In this document: positions 29,443 through 38,765 of the stretch, piece by piece
How positions within the stretch are numbered: the first letter of the stretch is position 1
Layout: each line of letters begins with the position of its first letter
NCBI GenBank assembly: GCA_963699755.1
Contig: CAVOVB010000001.1
Location: 1,088,001 to 1,152,000, forward strand
Reading direction: 5' to 3'
DNA from: an uncultured delta proteobacterium
GTDB lineage: Bacteria; Myxococcota_A; Polyangia; Polyangiales; Houyiibacteriaceae
Length of the DNA stretch: 64,000 nucleotides
Notes under the pieces: generated by a model
Told to the model about the DNA's origin: nothing
Seen by the model: the letters and a program-made list of their open reading frames with translations, nothing else
Database searches by the model: none
Translations under genes and position numbers: made by a program

Positions 29443-29928
29443 TCAGCGGCCCATTGACTTGGATCGGCTCGCTTGGATGTGGGTGATGGCCACCGCTAGG
29501 GCGTCGGCGGCGTCTTCCTCGGGGGCTTCGTTCAAGCCGAGGAGTGCCGCGACCAGGCGCGCCACCTGCACCTTGTCTGCGGCGCCGCGGCCGACGACCG
29601 TGCGTTTGACGACTGCGGGCGGGTACTCGTGGATCGCCAGGTCGCGCTGGGCTGCGACCAGCAACGCCACCCCGCGGGCGTGTCCCAGCGTGAGCGCTGC
29701 ATTTGCGTATTTTGCGAAGAAGATCTCCTCCACGGCGATGGCCTCGGGTTGGTGATCGCCGATGATCCGCTCGAGGCCCTGGTGAATCATCTGAAGACGC
29801 CTTGGGAGCGGTTGCTTCTCCGGGACCGCGATGGTTCCCGCGCCGATCTGACGAAGCCTCGTTCCTTCGAGCTGCACGACGCCCCAGCCGGTTCGCCGGC
29901 TGCCGGGGTCTATGCCGAGGATTCGCAT
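29443..29928 (-). CDS. ruvC: Holliday junction resolvase RuvC
   Basis: MRILGIDPG, AVEEIF, LGHARG, G.G.ADK.QV, DAADALAVA; start moved to 29928. Confidence 0.96.
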   Translation of the reverse strand: MRILGIDPGSRRTGWGVVQLEGTRLRQIGAGTIAVPEKQPLPRRLQMIHQGLERIIGDHQPEAIAVEEIFFAKYANAALTLGHARGVALLVAAQRDLAIHEYPPAVVKRTVVGRGAADKVQVARLVAALLGLNEAPEEDAADALAVAITHIQASRSKSMGR

Positions 29929-29935
29929 GTCCCGG

Positions 29936-30682
29936 TCAGGCCATTTCGGCGAGCGCTTGCTCGCTGAGCTCGAAGTCGGAAAACACGCTCTGCACGTCGT
30001 CGTGATCCTCGAGTGCCTCGAAGAGCTGAACCAGCTTTTCAGCCTCGCTGCCCTCGACGATTTTCGTATTGTTCGGGATGTACTCGAGCGCCGCTTCACG
30101 CATCGGGATGTTCGCCTTCACGATTGCGTCGCGAACCAGATCGAGATCGTTACGCGCGGTGGTGACGACCCATTCATCGCCGACTAGCTCCATGTTTTCA
30201 GCGCCGCCGCCGACCGCCGCCTCGAAGAGCTCCTCTTCGCCTACCGCGTCCTTGTCCACCCGAATGATACCCCGCTGCTCGAATGCCCAGAGCGCAGACC
30301 CACTGCTGCCGATCTGCCCGTAGTTCTTGTCGAAGAGCTTTCGAACCTCGGCGATAGTCCGATTCCGATTGTCCGTCACGACCTCGCAGATGAATAGCGT
30401 CCCATCGGGACCGACTCCTTCATACACAAGCTCTTCATACTGGACACCTTCGAGCTCGCCGGTGCCCTTCTTGATCGCCCGGCTCACGTTCTCGGCCGGC
30501 ATGTTCACGCTGCGGGCCATGTCGATCGCCCGCCGCAGCCGGGCATTGCCTTCAGGATCGCCGCCGCCGACCCGGGCCGCGATGGTGATCTCTTTGATGA
30601 CTTTGGTGAACAATTTCCCGCGCTTGGCATCCTGAGCACCCTTGCGCCGCTTGATCGTCGACCATTTGCTGTGGCCACTCAT
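29936..30682 (-). CDS. yebC: YebC/PmpR family protein
   Basis: MSGHSKWSTIK, YEG.GP.G, TDNRNRT, LEDHDDVQ.V; standard position before ruvC. Confidence 0.95.
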   Translation of the reverse strand: MSGHSKWSTIKRRKGAQDAKRGKLFTKVIKEITIAARVGGGDPEGNARLRRAIDMARSVNMPAENVSRAIKKGTGELEGVQYEELVYEGVGPDGTLFICEVVTDNRNRTIAEVRKLFDKNYGQIGSSGSALWAFEQRGIIRVDKDAVGEEELFEAAVGGGAENMELVGDEWVVTTARNDLDLVRDAIVKANIPMREAALEYIPNNTKIVEGSEAEKLVQLFEALEDHDDVQSVFSDFELSEQALAEMA

Positions 30683-30768
30683 ACCGTCCTTCTTATTCAA
30701 CGGAATTGCTCGCGTTTCAAGCGAATCCTCCGAGTGAATAAGCCCCTGGCGGGTCCGTCGAACCCCGT

Positions 30769-31563
30769 ATGAAACGCCTTGGGATTCTCATCATCGCAAT
30801 ATTCGGGGTCGTCGGCTGTGACAGGGACTCGCGCTACTTTTGTATCGCTGACGGGCCCTTGAGCGACCGTGGTTGCTTCTTGTGCCGAGGAGACGAATGC
30901 GACCCGCAACCCGCGCCACAACGAAACTTGTGCGCAGCGGACGCTGACTGCGCCGTCGGTGAGCTTTGTACGACGCTTGGCTGCGTTGCCGAATGCCAAG
31001 TCGAATATGACTGTCCCATCGGCACGACTTGCACGGACAACAGCCTTTGTCTCAACCCCCTCGAGAATGAGCCGGAGCCACCGGCGTTCCGCTGTCAGTT
31101 CAACTTCGAGTGCGGCGACGAGCGCATTTGCATCGACGGCGAGTGCCTCATCACTTGTATCGATGCGCCCTGTCCCGAAACGCAGCAATGTGTTGCGGGG
31201 GCGTGTCGCCCTTGCACCGACGAGAGCTGCCTGAGCAATTGCACCGAAGATGCGAACTGCGCCGAGCACGAGTACTGCAGCTCGTTCCAGTGCATTCCCG
31301 ACACGCGTCCCGCGCAGTTCTGCCCGGAGAACGAATGCCAGCTCGACCGCGTCTGCGTACGGGGGCAATGCCGAACGCCTTGCGAGACCGACGAGGAATG
31401 CGCCCGAATCGATACGACGATCCGCTTCTGTGCGCCCGTCGAGGAACAGAGCCTCTGCGTGCGGAGCAGTGAGGTGCTGGCCGAGTGTCAGCTCAACATC
31501 GACTGTGGGCTCGGCGAGGAATGCGTGGACGGCGCCTGCGCCGTGAGCTCCACATCGCCCTGA
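30769..31563 (+). CDS. Cysteine-rich repeat lipoprotein
   Basis: Lipobox VVGC; 39 Cys in 264 aa in repeated C-x5-C-x5-C-x4-C units. Confidence 0.8.
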   Translation: MKRLGILIIAIFGVVGCDRDSRYFCIADGPLSDRGCFLCRGDECDPQPAPQRNLCAADADCAVGELCTTLGCVAECQVEYDCPIGTTCTDNSLCLNPLENEPEPPAFRCQFNFECGDERICIDGECLITCIDAPCPETQQCVAGACRPCTDESCLSNCTEDANCAEHEYCSSFQCIPDTRPAQFCPENECQLDRVCVRGQCRTPCETDEECARIDTTIRFCAPVEEQSLCVRSSEVLAECQLNIDCGLGEECVDGACAVSSTSP

Positions 31564-33029
31564 CGAACCCGCAGTGCTTCATGGAGGCTAGCTAGCCCAA
31601 CCCAGGTGAATCCAGCGCAAAACAGTAGCAAGAAGGGCACGCTTGCCCAGCTCTTGGTCGCGATTGCAACGAACAAGCTCGTCGTGCAGTACAGCGCCAT
31701 CCCCAGCTCGACCGTGTTGTGCCAAGGCCAGCGAACGCGGTAGCAGAGGGCGGTTGACCTGGGCGCGCCATCGAGAACGCCCCGCTTCGGTGTCCGAACG
31801 AATTCCACATCGCGGCCGAACAAGCCTTCGAGAGCTGCCCGCCCATTGTTGATTGAAAGGCCAATGCCGAGTGCCATCATCGCGGGAAGTCGCTTGATCG
31901 CTTGCCATCGCCCCCCGTAGAGATCCCGATGTGCGACGACATAGAAAGCGGCAACCGAACCGCAGGTCGCCAAGAACAGAGGTAAATCGAGCATAAGGAG
32001 CTCCGGACGTTCCATTCCGCGACGGATCAACATGTTGGGGAGTTGGAGCAAAGCCAGCACGAGCAAGAACACGTAAGCAAGGTTGTTCGTCAGGTGAAAC
32101 AGCGCTTCGGTCTTCACTTTCCAACTCACTGGCGCGCGCAAAACCGTCACGAGGAGCTTCCGAGCGGTTTGGACCGAGCCCTTGGCCCAACGATACTGCT
32201 GCCCTTTGAAGCCGTTCATCTCGGATGGCAGCTCGGCGGGCGCGCTCAGTTGTGGCGCGTATACGAACTTCCATCCTGCAAGCTGCGCCCGATAGCTCAG
32301 GTCCATGTCTTCGGTGATCGTGTCGTGTTGCCAACCACCCGCGTCGACGATGGCGGATTTGCGCCACATGCCAGCGGTGCCGTTGAAGTTGAAGAAGCAT
32401 CCCGAGCGATTGCGTGCGCTGTGCTCGACTACGAAGTGCCCGTCGAGCAGCATTGCCTGGCAGCGGGTCAGCCTGGACTGGTTGCGGTTTAGGTGAGTCC
32501 ACCTCGCCTGCACCATCCCCACGCTTGGCTCTGCGAAAAAGTCGATCATTTCCCGGACGATTGCTGACCCGGGAATGAAGTCGGCATCGAATACCAGCAG
32601 GAAGTCCCCCTTCGCGAGCTTCATGCCGGCCTCGAGCGCCCCTGCCTTGTATCCAAGGCGGTCCTCGCGATGAAGATAGACGACGTCGAGCCCCTGCTCT
32701 CTCAACGCGGCGCATTTGGCGCGGGCGATCGACGAGGTCGCGTCGGTCGAATCATCGAGCACCTGGATCTCGAGTCGATCGGCCGGGTAGTCGAATCGGG
32801 ACGCTGCGTCGATCAATCGCTCCGCGACGAACATCTCGTTGAACATCGGAAGCTGCACCGTGACCCGGGGAAGCTCCGCTTCGCCGAACTTCGACTTGGC
32901 CGAGCTTGCCTCCCGACGGTGGCGTAGATACGAGAAGAGCAACGCGCTTCGATGAAGCCCATAGAATGCGAGCACGCCTAGCGTGATTAGGTAGAGAGCG
33001 ATGATCAAGGTCTGCACGTGCAATTCCAA
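31488..33029 (-). CDS. Membrane GT2 glycosyltransferase, cellulose-synthase-like (CslA-type)
   Basis: VQLPMFNE, VLDDS, GYKAGAL, FDADF, TED, QQYRW (QxxRW); C-terminal TM helices; start may be 33023 or 33017. Confidence 0.9.
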   Translation of the reverse strand: MELHVQTLIIALYLITLGVLAFYGLHRSALLFSYLRHRREASSAKSKFGEAELPRVTVQLPMFNEMFVAERLIDAASRFDYPADRLEIQVLDDSTDATSSIARAKCAALREQGLDVVYLHREDRLGYKAGALEAGMKLAKGDFLLVFDADFIPGSAIVREMIDFFAEPSVGMVQARWTHLNRNQSRLTRCQAMLLDGHFVVEHSARNRSGCFFNFNGTAGMWRKSAIVDAGGWQHDTITEDMDLSYRAQLAGWKFVYAPQLSAPAELPSEMNGFKGQQYRWAKGSVQTARKLLVTVLRAPVSWKVKTEALFHLTNNLAYVFLLVLALLQLPNMLIRRGMERPELLMLDLPLFLATCGSVAAFYVVAHRDLYGGRWQAIKRLPAMMALGIGLSINNGRAALEGLFGRDVEFVRTPKRGVLDGAPRSTALCYRVRWPWHNTVELGMALYCTTSLFVAIATKSWASVPFLLLFCAGFTWVGLASLHEALRVRQGDVELTAQAPSTHSSPSPQSMLS

Positions 33030-33053
33030 GACTACGAAAGATCCGCCGCGAAG

Positions 33054-34508
33054 CTAGGCGGACGGCATCTCCGCGGCGGCTGCCATCTCGGCGCCGGCGC
33101 GCAGGCGCGTTAGGGTTCGTTCTTTGCCGAGCACCTCCATCACCTCGAAGAGGCCCGGGCTGCGAGTGCGTCCGGTGATTGCCACACGCGCCGGTTGGGC
33201 GACCAGCTTCATCGGAAGCTGGTTCTCTTCGAGCCAAGCTTTCACCGTTTGTTCGAGTGGCTCCTTGGCGAACGGCTCGACGGTTTCGACCACGTCGGCA
33301 AGCCGGCTGAGGCTTTCCGCGTAGGCCGGGATGAGAAACTTCAGTTTTCCCTTGGCTTCGAACTCGACGTCCCGAAAGAAGTATTCGACCGCCTCGGCTA
33401 CGTCGATGAAGGTCTCCGCTCGCGGTCTCACGTAGGGGATTGACTTCAAAAGGACCGGATCGTCGGCCGCGACTTCGATCCCGATCTTGGCGAGGAAAGG
33501 CACCGCGCCGACCGCGATCTCCTCGTCGGAGAGCATTCGCAGGTGCTCGGCCTGGACGTGCCGAAACTTCTTCGCGTCGTATCGCCCGGCCGTCGACCCA
33601 ACTTTGTCCCAGCTGAACTTGTCGATCAGCTCCCGCCGCGTGAAGATTTCCTGGTCGCCGTGCGACCAGCCAAGGCGCGCCAAGTAGTTGAGCACGGCAT
33701 CGGGCAGGTAGCCCATGTCGCGGTATTCGAGGACGCCGACCGCGGCATGACGTTTCGAGAGTTTCTCACCATTGGGCGCGAGGACCATCGGCATGTGCGC
33801 GAACGCCGGGACGGGCGCGCCGAAGGCTTCGTAGAGGAGGATTTGAGGAGCCGTGTTGACCATGTGGTCGTCGCCACGAGCGACGAGCGTCACACCCATC
33901 GTCAAGTCATCGACAACGCAGCCGAAGTTGTAGAGCGGCATTCCGTCGGGTCGAAGCAAGATCGAGTCTTGCAGGGTTGAATTCAAGATGTCGATCTTTC
34001 CTTTGACCTGATCGAGCCAGCTCGTCGTTCCATCCTTGGGCGCCCGAAAGCGAATCACGTGCGGTGCGTTCGGATTCGCCGGAGGATCCTTTCGATCCCG
34101 CCAGGGGCTTTGGAACCTGAAACCATCCTTGATGTCGCCTTTCTGATGCGCTTCTCGGGCCGCGGCGATCTCTTCTTTTGTCGCGTAGCAGCGATACGCG
34201 TGACCCGAATCGATCAGCCTAACGGCATGAGCGGCGTAGATGTCGAGGCGCTCGCTTTGAACGTACGGGCCGTGATCTCCACCGACTTCGGGACCTTCGT
34301 CCCAATCTAGGCCGAGCCAGCGCATCGATTCGAGCACGATTTGAATGCTCTCGTCCGTGCTGCGGTCTCGGTCCGTGTCCTCGATTCGCAGGATGAACGT
34401 ACCCTGGTTTCGGCGCGCCCAGAGCCAGCTGTAGAGCGCCGTTCGCACACCGCCGATGTGCAAGTAGCCCGTGGGCGACGGTGCGAACCGAACGCGAACT
34501 TCCGACAT
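33054..34508 (-). CDS. gltX: Glutamate--tRNA ligase
   Basis: RFAPSPTGYLHIGG (HIGH), RIEDTD, RGDDH, KLSKR (KMSKS); anticodon-binding C-terminal domain present. Confidence 0.96.
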   Translation of the reverse strand: MSEVRVRFAPSPTGYLHIGGVRTALYSWLWARRNQGTFILRIEDTDRDRSTDESIQIVLESMRWLGLDWDEGPEVGGDHGPYVQSERLDIYAAHAVRLIDSGHAYRCYATKEEIAAAREAHQKGDIKDGFRFQSPWRDRKDPPANPNAPHVIRFRAPKDGTTSWLDQVKGKIDILNSTLQDSILLRPDGMPLYNFGCVVDDLTMGVTLVARGDDHMVNTAPQILLYEAFGAPVPAFAHMPMVLAPNGEKLSKRHAAVGVLEYRDMGYLPDAVLNYLARLGWSHGDQEIFTRRELIDKFSWDKVGSTAGRYDAKKFRHVQAEHLRMLSDEEIAVGAVPFLAKIGIEVAADDPVLLKSIPYVRPRAETFIDVAEAVEYFFRDVEFEAKGKLKFLIPAYAESLSRLADVVETVEPFAKEPLEQTVKAWLEENQLPMKLVAQPARVAITGRTRSPGLFEVMEVLGKERTLTRLRAGAEMAAAAEMPSA

Positions 34509-34721
34509 GCTCGGAGAGCTACCTGCAGCCCGTGACCGGGTCAAGCGAAGCCGAGACCCTCTCTATGCCCTTGGCTGAGCGTTCGCGTCCATGACGCCAG
34601 TGAACGAGATGCGTGCACCGATGATTGCGAGTTTCATCTCGCTCTCTTCTTCGGTTTCGTTCGCCCTTCCCGGTTCCCAAGGGCCCAGCTGGGACACCCC
34701 AACCCGTCGAAATGCCAGCTG

Positions 34722-36131
34722 GTGATTCTCTCCACATCAAATCCCCTTGACCCCAACTGGCTCGGTAATCAGGCTCCGTCGTTCATGGGAGCGTCCGAGG
34801 TCCTGATCGAACGACTCAACCGAGGGGTCCGGAAGCGCAACGCGCGCTGGACTTTCGTGAGCGACGTGCCGTTCGGCGACGCGCTGAGGCTTCGGCGCTT
34901 TCGCCTGGGCAATGGACTCACAGTACTTTCGCTGATCGATCGCTCCGCTCCCACGGTGAGCTACCACAGCTGGTTTCGCGTGGGCTCCCGGCACGAGCGC
35001 CCGGGTAAGACGGGCCTCGCGCATCTGTTCGAGCATCTGATGTTCAACGAGACGCGCAAGCATCCGTCAGGAGACTTCGATCGTCTGATGGAGGGCGCAG
35101 GGGCCGAGGCAAACGCTGCGACTTGGACCGACTGGACCTATTACTACGAGAACGCGCCGAGGGATGCCTTGCCGCTCCTCATCGAGTTGGAGAGCGATCG
35201 CATGGCGAATCTCGTTCTTCGTGCGCCGCAGGTCAGCTCGGAGAAGGAGGTCGTCGCCAACGAACGCAAGCTTCGGGTCGAAGATGACGTCGAAGGCAAG
35301 GCGCTCGAGCTGCTCTATGAGAGTGCGTTTCGTCGCCATCCCTATCGCTGGCCGACGATTGGTTCCATGGACGACATTCGCGGCTTCACCGTAGAGGATT
35401 GTCGCGAGTTCTACCGAAAGCACTATGCGCCCAGCAACGCGACCATCGTGATTGCCGGGGATTTCAAGGAGTCGAACGCTCTGTCCCTGATTCAGAAGCA
35501 CTACGGCGGCTTGTCTGGCGCGGTCGGAGTCGAGCCAGGCAAGCAATTGAAGGAACCATCGCAGCGGGTCGAGCGAGTCTTCCAACTCGCTGCGCCGACT
35601 CCGACTGATAAGCTGCTTCTCGGCTACCGCGCACCCTCGTTCTTGGATCCCGACACCCCCGCGCTGGTCGTCGCAAACGAAGTATTGTTTGGCGGCCAAA
35701 GCTCTCGGCTGTACCGGCTGCTCTGCCTCGACGAGGAGATTGCGCTCTCGGTGCGCGGCTCGATTTCGCCCTTCGTCGACCCTGGCTTATTCGAGATGTG
35801 GATTTTTCTGCGTGAGGGAGAGAGCAGGGCCGCCGCGCTCGCCTTGCTCGATCGGGAAATCAGTCGCCTCGGCTCTGAGGGCCCAAGTGCCGTCGAGCTC
35901 GAAAAGGCGATCAATCAACTGGAGCTTTCGTTCTTGCACAGCATGGAAACGGCAGGCGGGAAGGCCGAGCAGGTCGGCTTCTACGAAACCGTTGCCCATG
36001 ACGGAGCCGCGGTGTTCGACCGGCTCGCGTCCTATCGGAAAGTGGCAGCCCAGGACGTGAGACAGGCTGTGGCAAAGTACCTCCGTCCTTCTCGCCGGAC
36101 ACGGGTCGAGATTCTGCGAAGAGCCACATGA
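34722..36131 (+). CDS. M16B zinc peptidase, catalytic subunit
   Basis: GLAHLFEHLMF (HXXEH), NA.T..D.T.Y, LESDRM, Y.PSNA; start either GTG 34722 or ATG 34785. Confidence 0.9.
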   Translation: MILSTSNPLDPNWLGNQAPSFMGASEVLIERLNRGVRKRNARWTFVSDVPFGDALRLRRFRLGNGLTVLSLIDRSAPTVSYHSWFRVGSRHERPGKTGLAHLFEHLMFNETRKHPSGDFDRLMEGAGAEANAATWTDWTYYYENAPRDALPLLIELESDRMANLVLRAPQVSSEKEVVANERKLRVEDDVEGKALELLYESAFRRHPYRWPTIGSMDDIRGFTVEDCREFYRKHYAPSNATIVIAGDFKESNALSLIQKHYGGLSGAVGVEPGKQLKEPSQRVERVFQLAAPTPTDKLLLGYRAPSFLDPDTPALVVANEVLFGGQSSRLYRLLCLDEEIALSVRGSISPFVDPGLFEMWIFLREGESRAAALALLDREISRLGSEGPSAVELEKAINQLELSFLHSMETAGGKAEQVGFYETVAHDGAAVFDRLASYRKVAAQDVRQAVAKYLRPSRRTRVEILRRAT

Positions 36132-37402
36132 GAGTGCTGGTCGAATCGAGCGATGTGCTTCCGCTAGTGGACGTCGAGATCGCGCTCGCGGTGGGCAGCC
36201 TGCAGGACCCCGCCGGTCAGGAGGGCCTTGCGCAGCTCACCGGTCACCTCATCCGGCGCGGTCCTCGGGGGCTTTCGCAGCAGAGGTTCGAGGAACGGCT
36301 CGCGCGCCTTGGGGCGCGAGTCTCGGTCCAGGTCTCGATGCGCTCGACGCGAATTCGCGCGACCGTGCTTCGCCGTAACCTCGAGCCCTTGCTCGGGCTC
36401 CTCGCCGATTTGGTATGGCGGCCCGCCCTTCGCGCAAACGACTTCGCGAAGCTCAAGCGGCAGGCCCAGGCGGGGCTGACCGCGAGGCTCGACGACGACC
36501 AGGCCCTCGGAGCAGTCTGCTTCCGCGAAGCGCTCTTCGGCGAGCATCCGTATGGCCGCGCCCTCGGTGGGCACTCGGACAGTCTCGCGCAGATCGGCGT
36601 GCAACAGGTCGAGAGCTTCTACGCGCGAAACATCGCAAAGGGCGCTTTTGTCGTGGGGATCGCGGGTGACGTGAGCGAGCCTGAGGCGCGCGCCTTGACA
36701 GCATCGCACTTTCCAAAAGCGAAAAGACGCGAGCACAAGGGCTCCGCGGTGCCTGCAACCAGAGCGCGCCGAGGTCGGCACGTGGTCATCGTCGACAAGC
36801 CCGAGCGAACGCAGACCCAGCTCTTGATGGGCACGCTTGGTGCGCGCACGCGCGACCGCAATCTTTTTCCGCTCATCGTCTCGAACACCGCATTCGGTGG
36901 CACCTTCAGCGGTCCGCTCATGCAAGAGGTTCGCGCCGTACGTGGCTGGAGCTACGGCGCATACAGTCACCTGCTTCACGCGAAGCAGCGCGACGCCTGG
37001 TACATGTCGACCGCCCCCGCAGCCGAGTATTCCGCCGACTGTGCCGCTTTGCAGCTCGATTTGCTCGAGCGCTGGGTCGAGCTTGGGATCAAGAAGGCGC
37101 AGCTCCGCTTTGCCCAGCGCTATTTGATCAACAGCCATTGCTTCGACCGCGATACGCCTTCCAAGCGATTGGAATCCCGCCTCGACATCGAGCTTTTGGA
37201 CATCCCTCGAAGCTACGTCGAGAAATACGACGCGCTAGTGGCAGGCGTCAGCCCGCAGGAGGCCAATGATGCGACTCGCGCTCGGATTTCAACGCGAGAT
37301 GTCACGATTGTCGTAGTAGCGACGGCAAGCCAGGTGGCCGGTGCTTTCGAACGGCTCCCCGGCGTGGAGTCCATGGAAATCGTGCCTTACGACCGCGGCT
37401 AG
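36128..37402 (+). CDS. M16B peptidase, non-catalytic partner subunit
   Basis: HXXEH absent (QLTGH); HPYG and EVRAVRGWSYG (R/Y substrate motif); ATGA coupling. Confidence 0.88.
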   Translation: MRVLVESSDVLPLVDVEIALAVGSLQDPAGQEGLAQLTGHLIRRGPRGLSQQRFEERLARLGARVSVQVSMRSTRIRATVLRRNLEPLLGLLADLVWRPALRANDFAKLKRQAQAGLTARLDDDQALGAVCFREALFGEHPYGRALGGHSDSLAQIGVQQVESFYARNIAKGAFVVGIAGDVSEPEARALTASHFPKAKRREHKGSAVPATRARRGRHVVIVDKPERTQTQLLMGTLGARTRDRNLFPLIVSNTAFGGTFSGPLMQEVRAVRGWSYGAYSHLLHAKQRDAWYMSTAPAAEYSADCAALQLDLLERWVELGIKKAQLRFAQRYLINSHCFDRDTPSKRLESRLDIELLDIPRSYVEKYDALVAGVSPQEANDATRARISTRDVTIVVVATASQVAGAFERLPGVESMEIVPYDRG

Positions 37403-38112
37403 TTACTGAGAGCCCGCCGGAGCTCGACGCGGCTCCAGATTCGCGGCACCCGAACTTGAGGTAGCTTCGCCAGTCGTTTGGCCTGCTCGTGCAGCGCCCC
37501 GCCAGGCTCAGGCAGGATGATCGTTCGGAGGTCTTCGGACCTCGTGAAGAACTCGATGACTTCCATCGACCGGGCATCGTGCGTTGCCGAGTGGATGATG
37601 AGGCCTGCGTACTCGATCTCCTCGCCCTCCAGCTCCCGCACCGCGTCTTCAAGGGTGTCAACGCCGGAGACTGAGAAGCCGAAGCTGCGGATCTCCGATT
37701 CGATTTCCTCGCGCACGCGCCGTCGGGGCTCGAACACCAAGAGCGGAAGCTGCGCCGCAGGAGCCTCGCGTCGCAGGAGCGCGCGCAAGACCGCGTTGTG
37801 GATTGCGTCCTCTTGGTCGGCAGACAAGATCGGGAACGAAATCGCCAGACCGACACAGCCGTTCTGACCGCGCACGCGTCGAACCGCACCCGTAAGACTC
37901 ATCGTCTCTTCGCCCGTATCGAGATCAATTAAGAGGTGGACCAAATGACCGGGGCGTAAGTCGCGATCGCCCAAAACCATCGCGCCGCCGGCTGAAATGT
38001 TCTCGAGTGTGTACTGCCCCACACGATCACCTCGTTGGAACAAGATGGCACGGCCATCGAGATCCACTCTGTGATTTGAGCGTCGATCCCGTTGTGCCCT
38101 TGCATGCCCCAT
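37399..38112 (-). CDS. PilZ-domain protein with degenerate receiver-like C-terminal domain
   Basis: RRSNHR (RxxxR) and NISAGG (D/NxSxxG); start moved to ATG 38112. Confidence 0.8.
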   Translation of the reverse strand: MGHARAQRDRRSNHRVDLDGRAILFQRGDRVGQYTLENISAGGAMVLGDRDLRPGHLVHLLIDLDTGEETMSLTGAVRRVRGQNGCVGLAISFPILSADQEDAIHNAVLRALLRREAPAAQLPLLVFEPRRRVREEIESEIRSFGFSVSGVDTLEDAVRELEGEEIEYAGLIIHSATHDARSMEVIEFFTRSEDLRTIILPEPGGALHEQAKRLAKLPQVRVPRIWSRVELRRALSN

Positions 38113-38257
38113 CCTGTTCTCAGGATGCCGAGCTGAGCGACGAAAAGCTAGTCCGCAAGGGGTGATAACCGATCGAATCTGTTCGATTTTGCGATCTATC
38201 TTTTTGGGGTTCTCAAAGGCATGGATGATTGTATAATCGGTCACGCGAGGCCAGCCG

Positions 38258-38704
38258 ATGATGCACACCAAGATTCGCGACATCCTCCGACGAAAAGGAG
38301 AAGACGTGTACACGGTTGCTCCGCTCGCCACGGTGATCGACGCGGTCAACGCGATGAACGATCATCATGTCGGTTCGGTTCTGGTCAGTGAAGCCGGCTA
38401 TCCAGTTGGGATCTTTTCGGAGCGCGACGTGTTGGTTCGCGTCGTCGCGGGGCATCGCGACCCAGGCCAAACCCTCGTGCGTGACGTGATGACGACGCGT
38501 CTTCACACCGCATCACCGGATGACACCCTGCTCGAAGTCATGCAGTTGATGACTGACCGTCGCTGCCGCCACGTCCCCGTGATGGAGGGCGAGGTGCTGC
38601 TGGGCCTCGTGTCGATCGGCGACCTCACCAAGGCCATCCAACACGACCTGCGACAAGAGGTTCGTCAGCTTTCGAGCTACATCGGAGGCCCGTACTTAAG
38701 CTAG
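38258..38704 (+). CDS. CBS-pair protein
   Basis: GIFSERD, VRDVMT, RHVPV, GLVSIGDL; TATAAT upstream. Confidence 0.92.
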   Translation: MMHTKIRDILRRKGEDVYTVAPLATVIDAVNAMNDHHVGSVLVSEAGYPVGIFSERDVLVRVVAGHRDPGQTLVRDVMTTRLHTASPDDTLLEVMQLMTDRRCRHVPVMEGEVLLGLVSIGDLTKAIQHDLRQEVRQLSSYIGGPYLS

Positions 38705-38765
38705 CGCGCGCAACGGGGGGCGTTCTGGTGACATGGGAATTGGGGTCTGGTAGAGTGCCGGGCCT

